Below, piece by piece: positions 9,564-18,707 of a stretch of DNA of 37,780 bases (the first letter of the stretch is position 1; the number at the start of each line of letters is the position of its first letter). The DNA is taken from IMG/VR virus record IMGVR_UViG_3300027790_000053, positions 1 to 37,780 of that record. One strand, given 5' to 3'. Position numbers and translations under genes: made by a program. This DNA is from a virus (Duplodnaviria > Caudoviricetes). The notes under the pieces are model-generated. The model worked only from the letters and a program-made list of their open reading frames with translations, had not been told where the DNA came from and ran no database searches.

Positions 9564-10420
9564 AGAACATTCCTCATAGTCCCGTCAGGCATCACAATGT
9601 TCCCGCCCTCAGTTAAACGTATCTCGGGGTCTTCCTGGACGTTCTTGGGCCCCACGAAGTTAGCCTTGAATATCCCGTTAAGTTTCGAGGGGTCCATGAA
9701 TGTCCCCTTCATCTTTCTCTCGGCGCCCTTCAAGTGGGCAAGGCGAGGCGGGAGAGTACTGGCGTCAAAAGGGTGAGCGGCTGAGGACATCATGTTCAAG
9801 TTCTTCATCCTGAGCTTATTCTTGTACTCCTTGAACACTACGGTAAAGAGGTAGGCGTCATGCCATTCCGTTTGGTCAAAGATTCTGCCGGAGGTGTACA
9901 AGTCATATACATCTTTCACGAGGGGAAGCGCCTCGGGTATCTTGAGTGCCAGAAACCCTGTATCCCAAGTATTCCAGGGCTTGCCTCTTACAAGGGTTGA
10001 TACGTCCGCCTCGTCTGTCCAAAGCTTCAAGTCTTCCATAGTAATTTCTTTAGCGGAGGCTACGTCAGCGTCAATCCATATCACATAGCCTTCTGTATGC
10101 TTGCCTACTTCCTGATAGAGGGCACAGACCTTGTTCCAAAAGGGAAGAAAGTTAAAACGGAATTGATGTCCTGGCTCTACTTGGGGAGCAGGCGTGTGCT
10201 TGTATTTCTGCCTGAAGTATTGGAAGTCACCAACTGCGTTCAGGTCTTCAAAGCGTACATCAGGGAGTGCCTCTGCCCACTCTGAGGAGTAGATCCCGTT
10301 ATACCAAGCAGACATCGTAACCTCCTTGGGTAAACCATTGCGCACTGAGGGCACTGTGCTACTCGCATATCTCTTCCACAGCTTATCTGAGAAGGATGTT
10401 ACTACGTGGTACTTAGTCAT
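9560..10420 (-). CDS. GT-A fold glycosyltransferase
   Basis: VVTSF, F..KV.A, WIDAD (DxD), DTGF, EWHDAYLF, HLKG.RK. The start is probably MTKY at 10420 (GAGG RBS). Confidence 0.85.
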   Translation of the reverse strand: MTKYHVVTSFSDKLWKRYASSTVPSVRNGLPKEVTMSAWYNGIYSSEWAEALPDVRFEDLNAVGDFQYFRQKYKHTPAPQVEPGHQFRFNFLPFWNKVCALYQEVGKHTEGYVIWIDADVASAKEITMEDLKLWTDEADVSTLVRGKPWNTWDTGFLALKIPEALPLVKDVYDLYTSGRIFDQTEWHDAYLFTVVFKEYKNKLRMKNLNMMSSAAHPFDASTLPPRLAHLKGAERKMKGTFMDPSKLNGIFKANFVGPKNVQEDPEIRLTEGGNIVMPDGTMRNVL

Positions 10421-11213
10421 AGAAGCCTCGTTCAATTTCTAGCTCGTTTACTTTGCGTCTGTATGCGTTCCATATAGCGGCGTACCTTGTGTACTCATAG
10501 CCGGGAATACAAGGCAGCCCTTCGGTCCAATGGATTGCTCCAATGTCTTCGGATTCAATGCGTTCCTCTGAATGGTTTGGGATAAAGTTCCAGCGCTCGC
10601 TCAGGCTACCCAGCAAGGGATTGCCCTTTGCATCCTTGGGGAGCCACTGGAATGTGTGCAAGTCTCTCCCCGACATAGTATTGGCCTTTTCTTTGTCCAA
10701 GTCCAAGGGGCGCCCTAAGTCAAAGAGCATCAAAGAAGACCAGAGCTTCATTTGGTATTGCGCTTGATCCTGGTTATCCATTTTGACAGTACCCTCCGGG
10801 CTGTAGTTATGCTTAACGCAATATACTGGATACCCCGGGGCTTGTGTAGCCTCCCGTAGAATCTTATAGGGATCATCCAGAAAAACAAAATCCGAATCAA
10901 CAAATAGAGCGGCATCGTTAACAGAGAGCCCAAGATGATTGCAAAACGCAGGGACAAGGAACCGAGAGTGCGCAAACTGCGTAGAGAAAGGGCGCCCGTC
11001 AGACTTGTCCACAGAGCGGCCCGTATCTCCTTCCACTTCCCAGCCTCTATTAAAGAGACCAAGGCTTCTGAGGAGCCTATGGTCCAACTTGTAGATGGAT
11101 ATAGGTCTCGAAGCCTGTTCACGGATGGACTCGGCACATATCTTCCATGCTGTGTCTTGTCTTTCGTCATATCCAATTAGGACATGCAAGTTGGAATCGG
11201 GTCTCATGAGCAA
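10413..11213 (-). CDS. GT8/CDI-like glycosyltransferase
   Basis: VLIGYDERQ, STQFAHSRFLVP, FVDSD, VKHNY...KMD.Q.Q..Y..K.WSSLMLF, LHTFQWL, WN, HWTEGLP. Confidence 0.9.
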   Translation of the reverse strand: MLMRPDSNLHVLIGYDERQDTAWKICAESIREQASRPISIYKLDHRLLRSLGLFNRGWEVEGDTGRSVDKSDGRPFSTQFAHSRFLVPAFCNHLGLSVNDAALFVDSDFVFLDDPYKILREATQAPGYPVYCVKHNYSPEGTVKMDNQDQAQYQMKLWSSLMLFDLGRPLDLDKEKANTMSGRDLHTFQWLPKDAKGNPLLGSLSERWNFIPNHSEERIESEDIGAIHWTEGLPCIPGYEYTRYAAIWNAYRRKVNELEIERGFYD

Positions 11214-11234
11214 ACCCCTTGTATTTCTTCGGCG

Positions 11235-11393
11235 TCATCCTTCATCTCTTAGTTGGTCCATTATCATCCTCCGACAGGGCTTCATTGCGGTATGCGTAGT
11301 CCCCAGCATCATAAATAAGCTGTAGTGCATTGTTTCTGGCGCGTGTAACTTGCACAGCAGGTCAACCATCTTGTTCCATTCTGCGACAATCAT
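11235..11393 (-). CDS. Small hypothetical protein (52 aa, not in ORF track)
   Basis: MIVAEWNKMVDLLCKLH...DQLRDEG*; ATGA overlap with the DUF3310 stop; GGAG RBS. Confidence 0.55.
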   Translation of the reverse strand: MIVAEWNKMVDLLCKLHAPETMHYSLFMMLGTTHTAMKPCRRMIMDQLRDEG

Positions 11394-11671
11394 ATGTCTT
11401 CTCCATAGGTAAGCTTGGCTTCCAAGCGAATACAGTGCAGTGCTTTGCGCAAATCTTCTACGCCATTCTTGAACCTGTGCCGCGTAGCATACTTGATAAC
11501 TGCATGTTCTGCGGGGGTTAGCTTGTTTAAGTGTGCGTAGATAATGGGGTCGATAGCCAAGCTTTTGTAGTGGCTTCCTCCAACTTGTTCATCAAAGACA
11601 CCCCCTGTGTACTTATCAGGACACCAAGCTTCGTGCCCTTCCTCTTGTAAGCACTTCTCGCATTTAGGCAT
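11390..11671 (-). CDS. DUF3310 (SaV-like) protein with N-terminal Cys/His cluster
   Basis: QVGGSHYK...PI.Y......E..VIKY..RH..KNGVEDLRKA; start MPKCEKC at 11671. Confidence 0.85.
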   Translation of the reverse strand: MPKCEKCLQEEGHEAWCPDKYTGGVFDEQVGGSHYKSLAIDPIIYAHLNKLTPAEHAVIKYATRHRFKNGVEDLRKALHCIRLEAKLTYGEDI

Positions 11672-11891
11672 CTGAGTCCCCCTTGAACATTGCATCCAGA
11701 GAAAGCTTGGCCTTTGTCACTACGTCTAACAGAGATAGCAAGTGAGCCTCTACGTCTTCCAACTTTCCTATGTTTTCTTGCATCTCATCCTTGGTTGGCT
11801 CTGTATTCAAAAAAGCCATGTACTGGGTTAAGGCGGCTACTAACTCAGTGGCCTCGCTATACATTGAAGTTGCGCGCACTGAGGACTTCAT
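11664..11891 (-). CDS. Hypothetical protein
   Basis: 75 aa helical ORF tiling the gap between the radical SAM and DUF3310 genes. Confidence 0.6.
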   Translation of the reverse strand: MKSSVRATSMYSEATELVAALTQYMAFLNTEPTKDEMQENIGKLEDVEAHLLSLLDVVTKAKLSLDAMFKGDSDA

Positions 11892-12848
11892 CTAGTACGC
11901 TACGCAGTCCTCACAGACAGTTCCTGTGACATCTTTATCAAGGTGAGCCCTTCGCACTCTTTCAAACTCTTTGCCATGCCATACCTCTTTGAAGCTTTGA
12001 GTATTCAAGTCTCCTACCTGGAAGCGCCCGTCAGCATCGAAGCAACACAAAGAGAACTTACCATCGGCCCTTACATGCCCCTCAGTAAACGCAGACCAGC
12101 ACGGCAACGGAGACACCAGACCACCAATGCGGCCCATGTTCCCGGCAGTGGGTTTAAACCCCAGCTCTTCTTCTCTTTGGGTCGCAACGGCGCCCATCGA
12201 ATAAAGGGGCAGCCAATAGTGTTCATCAACGTAAGGTTCAATGTGTTCTTTCACCAAGGCTTCCATCTTCTTTTGTTGCTCTCCGTCATACATAATTGAA
12301 GAGGCATAGACTTTTGTCTTGTAGCCCTTGGCATCACGTATAGCCTTTGTGCTTTTCAAATACAACATGGCGTCATGGAAAAGCTTTCCCTTTACTTGGG
12401 TAATGTCTTTGAACTGCTCTTCGTCTGCATTGTTCATGGAAAACTTCAAAGAGTCCAGCCCCGCAGACATAAGACCTTCGATAGCCTTGGGCGTGGCAAG
12501 GGAGCCGTTGGTAGTAAGAAATACATAAGGACACTTAAGCTCCTGTTTAAGGTACTCTACTGCCTCTACTGCCAGTTCCGGCGCCATCAAGGTTTCCCCA
12601 AGGTAGAAGATGCCTATCTCCTGGACGCCTGCATCAATCATTTCCTTGGTTATTCTTTTGAATAAGGCAAGGTCCATATCGCCTACGGGCTGGTGGGTGC
12701 GGGATCTAATAGCGCAAAAGCCGCACCTGTAATTACATCTCCCCGTCAATTCTATCTTTACGCTACGTGGGATAGGAGGGTTCGGTACTAAGAAGTCCTC
12801 CGGTATATGGGTAATACTGTCGATTCTCTTCGTTATGCTTTCTGTCAT
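11892..12848 (-). CDS. Radical SAM protein with SPASM/twitch domain
   Basis: CNYRCGFC (CxxxCxxC), GE, TTNGSL, C-terminal PC...ADGKFSLCC..GDLN..VW..CEDC. Confidence 0.95.
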   Translation of the reverse strand: MTESITKRIDSITHIPEDFLVPNPPIPRSVKIELTGRCNYRCGFCAIRSRTHQPVGDMDLALFKRITKEMIDAGVQEIGIFYLGETLMAPELAVEAVEYLKQELKCPYVFLTTNGSLATPKAIEGLMSAGLDSLKFSMNNADEEQFKDITQVKGKLFHDAMLYLKSTKAIRDAKGYKTKVYASSIMYDGEQQKKMEALVKEHIEPYVDEHYWLPLYSMGAVATQREEELGFKPTAGNMGRIGGLVSPLPCWSAFTEGHVRADGKFSLCCFDADGRFQVGDLNTQSFKEVWHGKEFERVRRAHLDKDVTGTVCEDCVAY

Positions 12849-12863
12849 GCTCTCCTTTTCTTC

Positions 12864-15851
12864 CTAAGTGATCTCACAAAAGCCACCAGCACAGGCAAGC
12901 TCTTGGCTCCCTACTGTTGTGTCTTCTTTCTCATACTCCCGAAGGCCGTCCCAATTAACTTCCTTTGGCATCTTTCCAAGCAACTCTTTGTACTCGTCTT
13001 CTGTTATTTCCTCGTAAGGCGCTTGCTTGTACGTGTGCTCCTCGTAAGGCAAGAAGGATACACCAGAGATATGATCAAAGTTCTCGTAGACCCATGCCCC
13101 TACCTGGAGCCATTCATCTTCACGCACTGAGATCGTGGCGCTTGGCTTATGTTCACACCAATAAACCTGGTATGCCTTCCATAATTCCAAATGATCCGTA
13201 GCCGTAATCTGGCCTCTCGTCAAGGATGACTTGGGGGATGCCATTGGAAAATCAAAGACTACGCTATGTGAATTGAAGAGATCATCTTCGTGCGGAAATC
13301 CCTGCGCAATCATGAATTGGGATAGAGGGTCTTTCTTGTCGCCCCTTACCCTGCGGATATACCAAGGTGCATGCCTAGGATGAATGCCGGACGCAGAGTC
13401 TACTAGCTGGGACACAGTGCCCGAAGGTTTAACGCAAGTAATCGCAGCGCTCTCTTCTATGCCCAGCTTCTTGGCGAAGTCTTTGTTTGCCACAAGAGCT
13501 TTTTCTTTGAGGGCGACCATGTAGTCCTTCGCATCAAGGCGTGCCATCTGTGCATTGTCCAAGATACCTGTCATGGATACGCCAAGAAGACGTTCTTCTT
13601 CTGTATTCTTTTTCCAGATCTTACGCAGGTACTTGAAGTCGTTCAGAGTGCTTTGGAATGTCCCCAAGATCGTGGCAAGGCGTACCTTGCGCTCCAGGTC
13701 TTCTGGCTTGTCATCAGGGCGCACCACTACCTCGGTAAGGTTACAGAATTGGTATGGTCTGAGATTGATCTCCGAGTTATGTGCCCAAAACCCATTGGCA
13801 TCAAAGGACACTACGTCTGCTACTTCGGCATCCCAAACATCTTGGGTATCGTAGTATTCCACAGTAGCTAGCTTTGTGCTCCAAGGTTCCTCTTTCCACC
13901 GGACGCCTTCGATAAGGGACTGTTTCGCCGCCTTTCCTTTATGGGAAAACCCAATTTGGGCGAAGTACTTTTCCACAGACTTTCCTGAGATGATAAGCCG
14001 CCACGAAGCCCGACACAGGTACTCTTTATGCCCTCCCCGCCCATCTGGCATAGACGTTTTTCTTTCGGGAGCAGCGTCTCTGATCACAGACTTCATCCCA
14101 AACCGTAAGAGCATTCTTTGTACAGTCTGGAGAAGCGAATAGGAAGATTGTCCAAGACGAACAGAGTAACTCTTTTCTCGGGTTCCTTCAAAGTGTCCAT
14201 CGGCGTCAAAGAGACCTCTCAGAAAAGCCTTTTGGAAGGAAGAAGATGTCAATGTTTCAAGATGTTCAATGTCTGTCTTAGCGCCATACTCAAACCCATA
14301 ATCAAAGGGAAGACATCCAATGTTCATTACATAGTAATCTTTATGTTCTCCCCATCCGTTCCAATCAGACCTCCGTTTCCACGGCGCCCTTAGCGCAGCT
14401 TGCTCTATTTCTTCGTAGATCCCCTCGTGTCCTGCACTGTCCCTTTTGAAAACCTTTACTTGACCAAATTGGGATCCATTAGTGCCCTGAGAGAAATTAC
14501 CATCTCCAACAAAGGCCCCAAGAAGGTAGCCGTGTTCCTCCCCGCCTTCTCCTGCCCACTCAAGAGGTTTTTCTGGGGGCTTCGACAGAAGCAGGGTCTC
14601 ATCCTTGCCCAGGTCTTTAACCTGTTTCCAGCCGTCTTTCGTACGGAGCTTGTGATCATCTGTAAGAGTCAGTGCATAGCCATCCTTAGAGAGGAGTCGC
14701 CACAAGTCTTTTTTACCCGATACCCAAGACCCCTTAGCGGCTCTGTGTACCTTCCCATTTACCACCGCCGAGAAAGACAGGTCCTCTAGGTCCTTGATTT
14801 TCTTTGGCCCTTGGTCCGTCATTAGAATAGTATCTTTATGAAGACTGCAAGGATTGCACCCAAAGGGGTGGTCAGGGTCTCTTCGAGTAACATGGTTCTT
14901 CAGGTGCTGCTTGACTGAATCTCTGTTGAAAATACCGCGCTCGCCACTCTTGGAATTGAACAGGGAATGCCACTCGTCAAAGAAAAGGGACATATCAGGC
15001 TTACGTGAGTAGACGGCTGAGTTATTAGCGAGAGACCTTTGTGGTTCTGTGCGCCACCACTCGCCTGTCTTGGAATCTCTCAAGCGAATGTCTTTGATAT
15101 CACTCAAGGAGATTAAGGCACTTCTGCGGACCCCACCTACGACTACTACCTCGCCAATCTTGCAGCAGATGTCATGGCACTCTAAGGAAGTTAGCTGGCG
15201 CCCCTGCGCATCCTTGAATATCTCTACTGTAAATTTAAGCAAGTCATCCAAGGGGTCTGGTCCACTAGACCTTCCGCCGAAAGTAACAAGGCGATCTCCC
15301 GCAGCCCTTAGCTTGCTCAAGTCCCAGCTAGGAATTTGTCCCACGTACAGCAAAGAGATAAGCTGACGTAAAGCCTTGGCCCATCCCTGCTTGCTATCGT
15401 CTACGACTATCGTGGTTTCACAGTTTTCTAGAATCTCGTTTACGTCAGGAAGCTTCCTTGTATTCTCTTCCTCAACAGAGAAGCCTACGCCTGTGCCACA
15501 CATGAGGATATACAAGAGCTCATCGAAAGCCCTAGGATGATCAATGGGGAGATAGGAACAGTTGAAGCCCGCCACGTTACACCTAGCTAGGGCAGGGCCT
15601 GCGGTCATCAGAGCTCGCATGCTAGGCATGATCTCCAAGTCATACACAGCCGCTCTCAGGTCTTTCCTCAGAGCCTTGGGTATCTTGTAGGAATACTTTT
15701 CTTCTAAGTGCTCTCCCATGAAACGGAAGTAGCGCTCTACTGTCTCATCCCAGGTTTCTCTGCGCTTCTCTTCGGGGAGCCAGCGGGCATAGCGACTGAG
15801 CGCAATGAATCTCGAATACTCAGGGTTACTGAGGCTGTCAAAAGGGTCCAT
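12864..15851 (-). CDS. nrdJ: Class II (adenosylcobalamin-dependent) ribonucleotide reductase, intein-containing
   Basis: PSMRAL, FNCSY, GTGVGFSV, VGGVRRSALISL, NPC|SEI, CNLTEV, TCVKPSGT, C-terminal ACAGGFCEI. Confidence 0.96.
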   Translation of the reverse strand: MDPFDSLSNPEYSRFIALSRYARWLPEEKRRETWDETVERYFRFMGEHLEEKYSYKIPKALRKDLRAAVYDLEIMPSMRALMTAGPALARCNVAGFNCSYLPIDHPRAFDELLYILMCGTGVGFSVEEENTRKLPDVNEILENCETTIVVDDSKQGWAKALRQLISLLYVGQIPSWDLSKLRAAGDRLVTFGGRSSGPDPLDDLLKFTVEIFKDAQGRQLTSLECHDICCKIGEVVVVGGVRRSALISLSDIKDIRLRDSKTGEWWRTEPQRSLANNSAVYSRKPDMSLFFDEWHSLFNSKSGERGIFNRDSVKQHLKNHVTRRDPDHPFGCNPCSLHKDTILMTDQGPKKIKDLEDLSFSAVVNGKVHRAAKGSWVSGKKDLWRLLSKDGYALTLTDDHKLRTKDGWKQVKDLGKDETLLLSKPPEKPLEWAGEGGEEHGYLLGAFVGDGNFSQGTNGSQFGQVKVFKRDSAGHEGIYEEIEQAALRAPWKRRSDWNGWGEHKDYYVMNIGCLPFDYGFEYGAKTDIEHLETLTSSSFQKAFLRGLFDADGHFEGTREKSYSVRLGQSSYSLLQTVQRMLLRFGMKSVIRDAAPERKTSMPDGRGGHKEYLCRASWRLIISGKSVEKYFAQIGFSHKGKAAKQSLIEGVRWKEEPWSTKLATVEYYDTQDVWDAEVADVVSFDANGFWAHNSEINLRPYQFCNLTEVVVRPDDKPEDLERKVRLATILGTFQSTLNDFKYLRKIWKKNTEEERLLGVSMTGILDNAQMARLDAKDYMVALKEKALVANKDFAKKLGIEESAAITCVKPSGTVSQLVDSASGIHPRHAPWYIRRVRGDKKDPLSQFMIAQGFPHEDDLFNSHSVVFDFPMASPKSSLTRGQITATDHLELWKAYQVYWCEHKPSATISVREDEWLQVGAWVYENFDHISGVSFLPYEEHTYKQAPYEEITEDEYKELLGKMPKEVNWDGLREYEKEDTTVGSQELACAGGFCEIT
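13776..14846 (-). mobile_element. Intein with LAGLIDADG homing endonuclease (357 aa)
   Basis: Block A SLHKDTILMTDQG, block B LTDDH, LAGLIDADG motifs LLGAFVGDG and FLRGLFDADG, block F VWD, terminal AHN followed by Ser. Confidence 0.93.
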
Positions 15852-15862
15852 CTACGCGCCCC

Positions 15863-16153
15863 TCAGTTCATTGTCTTGTCATCTGTGGCGAGAAACTCAA
15901 GGTTGTCTTCCGCAATAGATTTATGGAGAGCCAAGCGGATAGCCTGCGCTTGCCAGAACTGATGAAGGCAGTTGTTGCATACGTCCACCATGTACTTAAG
16001 TTTGTCATCCCACTCTTGGTCCAGGTCCTGCGCTTTCATCTGCGCCACCCCTTGCAATATCGCTCCTGCACCCTTGAACACATCTATCTCTACAATTTGG
16101 ATCGCAGGGTTAAGCCCCTCCAAGTGCGCAGCAAGTTCGTCTTCTTTAGTCAT
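15863..16153 (-). CDS. Hypothetical protein
   Basis: 96 aa; TAATG overlap with the helicase stop; GGAG RBS. Confidence 0.7.
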   Translation of the reverse strand: MTKEDELAAHLEGLNPAIQIVEIDVFKGAGAILQGVAQMKAQDLDQEWDDKLKYMVDVCNNCLHQFWQAQAIRLALHKSIAEDNLEFLATDDKTMN

Positions 16154-17913
16154 TAGTATTCTCCCTTCAGGAAAACCAAAGCCTCTTCCTCGCTGTCGAT
16201 GGACTGGAGTGCTTGGTATTCTTCTTTCGCAAGTTCTTTAAGCTGCCCGCGCTCTTTGATATAGGCCAATCGCGTAGCAATTCCGGTTTCACCAGAGAGT
16301 CGGGACTTCAAGACACGCACGGTGGTTATGAGACGTAAAGCACGGTTGTCGTGTTGACCATCGCGCTCCAGACCTAACACTGTATCACTCAGTTGGTATA
16401 TGCTGCCAGCACCCCGCGCATGGCTTAGGCGTACCCTGCCTCCCTCCTCGTGAGGCGTGCCATCGCTGCCCCCTCCCTTGGTCACATGGCTGATTGCGAC
16501 ACAAATAAACTCCAGTTCATTCACTAAAGTTCTAAGCCCTGTCATGAATTGGTCAATGGCTTTTCTTTCGTCCACATGCGTCCCACCAGAGAGGACAATA
16601 GAAATATGATCAAGCAGAATTACCTTGGCGCCAAAGTTAGCCACCATGTAACGTATCGTGTCGAGCACAGAATCAATAGTGTTAGAACCCCAGTGATCCC
16701 ACAGTACCCACCTGTCATTATCAAGAACCTCGCCCCATGCTTTGTCCACCTGCTCGACAGGCGTTGCCTCAAAGATATCGGGGAGGGCCAGGTTCACCCC
16801 CATGTGCATCCCTGTGAGAATCTTGACTGTCTTCTTTTTGTTCTCTTCAAAGAAAAGGCAACCAAGCTTAAGATCTGTGGTCTTGTAAAAGTGAAGCCCT
16901 AAATCTTTCATGACCGTGCTCTTACCAAGGCCGCTGCCTGACAGGATGGTTATGAGCTCTCCTGCGTCAGAGGCGCCGTAGATCATCTCGTTCAGGCCAG
17001 TATATGGGTAAGAATAAAATACCTCGGGATCTTCGTGCAGATACTTGAGGGTGTCGCGGCCAAGGACCAAGCCCTGTCTTACCACTGACTTGGCAATGGA
17101 CACAGCAAAGTTAAATTCGTCTATCTTTCTCTTTTCCAAGTAGTCATTGGCGTCCTTGAGACCGTCCTCAAGTTGAACAATGCGTATCTTGGACGGAGGG
17201 AAACTCTGAGAAAATCTCTTGGCAGCCTTTTGTCCCGCCGCATCTGCATCAAAGCAAATATAGATGACCTCGAATTTATCCAGGAACTCCTTTTGAAAAT
17301 CATTAAGGCGGGTATCATTGGCCCCGTTCTTGAGAGAGACCACGGGCATCTTGCGCTTGAGCATTTGCCACGCGCTCATAGCGTCCAGTTCACCCTCGGT
17401 AATCATTAGCCACTTGGACGGCCTGAATGAAGTAGTCTGCCCAAAGAAGCCCGCATCTCTTGGCGCCTCATGGAATGTCTTGGTCCACTTGAAGGTCTTG
17501 TTCACGCCCCTTGTTTTCAGGGCTACCAAGTCAACCTTGGTATTGCCATCGGCATCCTTGGTATTGCCGTAGAGGCGAAAGCGCAGGCATTCCTTGGCTA
17601 CGTCTACCTCGTACATCTTCAGGGTGCTTGGGACAATTCCGCGTATGGCGCTGGGGGTAGTGGAAGGGGACCAGGGGGGAAGTGTTTCTACGAGAGTACC
17701 ATTGCCTTCAAGGGGTCTGATCTTGCCTCGGTTCTCTTTGATGTATTCCTCTGCTTCTGCCTTGGTAAATTCCTTGGTGCAACTATTAGCATAGCAGATG
17801 CCGTAGTAGCGCTCGTCATTCTCCTTGTCCTGGTATATCGAAGCGGCATCCGAAGATGTACACCCCCAGCAAGGCAAGTGTTCCGAGAGGGGCTTCCCAT
17901 AGGATCTAGTCAA
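16153..17913 (-). CDS. T7 gp4-like primase-helicase
   Basis: Zn finger HLPCWGC.SSDA..C...C, TOPRIM ITEGELDA / FDADAAG / KDANDYL, Walker A SGSGLGKST, LDHIS, RGAGSIYQLSD, KSRLSGETG. The likely start is TTG at 17913, overlapping the upstream TGA (ORF track extends to 18015). Confidence 0.95.
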   Translation of the reverse strand: MTRSYGKPLSEHLPCWGCTSSDAASIYQDKENDERYYGICYANSCTKEFTKAEAEEYIKENRGKIRPLEGNGTLVETLPPWSPSTTPSAIRGIVPSTLKMYEVDVAKECLRFRLYGNTKDADGNTKVDLVALKTRGVNKTFKWTKTFHEAPRDAGFFGQTTSFRPSKWLMITEGELDAMSAWQMLKRKMPVVSLKNGANDTRLNDFQKEFLDKFEVIYICFDADAAGQKAAKRFSQSFPPSKIRIVQLEDGLKDANDYLEKRKIDEFNFAVSIAKSVVRQGLVLGRDTLKYLHEDPEVFYSYPYTGLNEMIYGASDAGELITILSGSGLGKSTVMKDLGLHFYKTTDLKLGCLFFEENKKKTVKILTGMHMGVNLALPDIFEATPVEQVDKAWGEVLDNDRWVLWDHWGSNTIDSVLDTIRYMVANFGAKVILLDHISIVLSGGTHVDERKAIDQFMTGLRTLVNELEFICVAISHVTKGGGSDGTPHEEGGRVRLSHARGAGSIYQLSDTVLGLERDGQHDNRALRLITTVRVLKSRLSGETGIATRLAYIKERGQLKELAKEEYQALQSIDSEEEALVFLKGEY

Positions 17914-18197
17914 AGCTTTTGCAGCTCCCTCTTGTAATGAGAGAACTCCTGGAACAACGTCTTGCCTGCCGTGTGAGATAGCTTGGAGCGCTCTTCCAGC
18001 GCTATGGCTTTCCACATGATGTTACAGATGTGATGAAGGAGATGTACCTTGCGCTGTGCTTGCCGCGAAGAATTATAGAGCATGCTGGCAAGCCGCTCTT
18101 CGTAGTGCATGACTGTTTTTTCAAGGATATGGGGCGGGGTATTCTTAAACGTCTGTCGTAGGGACACTTTTGATTCACCTTGGATTTCGGGCTCCAA
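17910..18197 (-). CDS. Hypothetical protein
   Basis: 95 aa ORF tiling between the protease and the primase. Confidence 0.55.
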   Translation of the reverse strand: MEPEIQGESKVSLRQTFKNTPPHILEKTVMHYEERLASMLYNSSRQAQRKVHLLHHICNIMWKAIALEERSKLSHTAGKTLFQEFSHYKRELQKL

Positions 18198-18209
18198 GTA
18201 AGGCTAATC

Positions 18210-18707
18210 TTATTTGAGTGTATCCGCAACAGGAACTTGGGGAACACCATGCAAGAACGCTTGGTCTTTAGTAACGGAAATTATAGGAAGGAATAAACCA
18301 TCCATAGCAGAAACAGGAATAGCCCACTCTACCTTGTTGTCCAGTATTTCTTGGCGCCTAGGTAGATAAAGAACTGCATGGTGTTGACCTTGCATCTTGC
18401 CCACAACGATTGCCATGTCGTCTGCGTCTATGGTCGTAGAAAGAATGCCAAGCTTGGCCAAAGCATAGTCTTCGCAGTCACCCGACATATCGTCAAAGAG
18501 TTCCTCAGGAAGTTTCCAATGGTCTACGTCTTCGTGTTCATAGGCGATATTCCAGTTAATCCACTTATTAGTCCCATGCAAAAGACAAGATGTCATGAGA
18601 TTCTTTGGAGGTTCCCAGTCTAGCCATGCTTGCACAGCCTCAAGCCAGTTTCCCCTGTCATTTATAGGCCGCGCTATGGTGCCTAAGATATTCAGATCTT
18701 CAGTCAT
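18210..18707 (-). CDS. Transglutaminase-like cysteine protease (BTLCP / LapG-like, Peptidase_C93)
   Basis: N.WIN..I.Y..ED.DHW..P.E......GDCEDYALAK, HAVL, ILDN giving a Cys-His-Asp triad; AAGGAGG RBS. Confidence 0.9.
   Translation of the reverse strand: MTEDLNILGTIARPINDRGNWLEAVQAWLDWEPPKNLMTSCLLHGTNKWINWNIAYEHEDVDHWKLPEELFDDMSGDCEDYALAKLGILSTTIDADDMAIVVGKMQGQHHAVLYLPRRQEILDNKVEWAIPVSAMDGLFLPIISVTKDQAFLHGVPQVPVADTLK

Noticed and set aside
14844-14849. Loss of the RNR catalytic cysteine after splicing (if the intein began at Cys)
   Set aside because: Block A aligns better from Ser (SLHKDTILMT, like CLxxDTxVxT), which leaves NPCSEI intact.
17688-17900. Possible frameshift at the primase start (ATG at 17900 is out of frame)
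   Set aside because: An in-frame TTG at 17913 overlapping the upstream stop explains the start without a frameshift.
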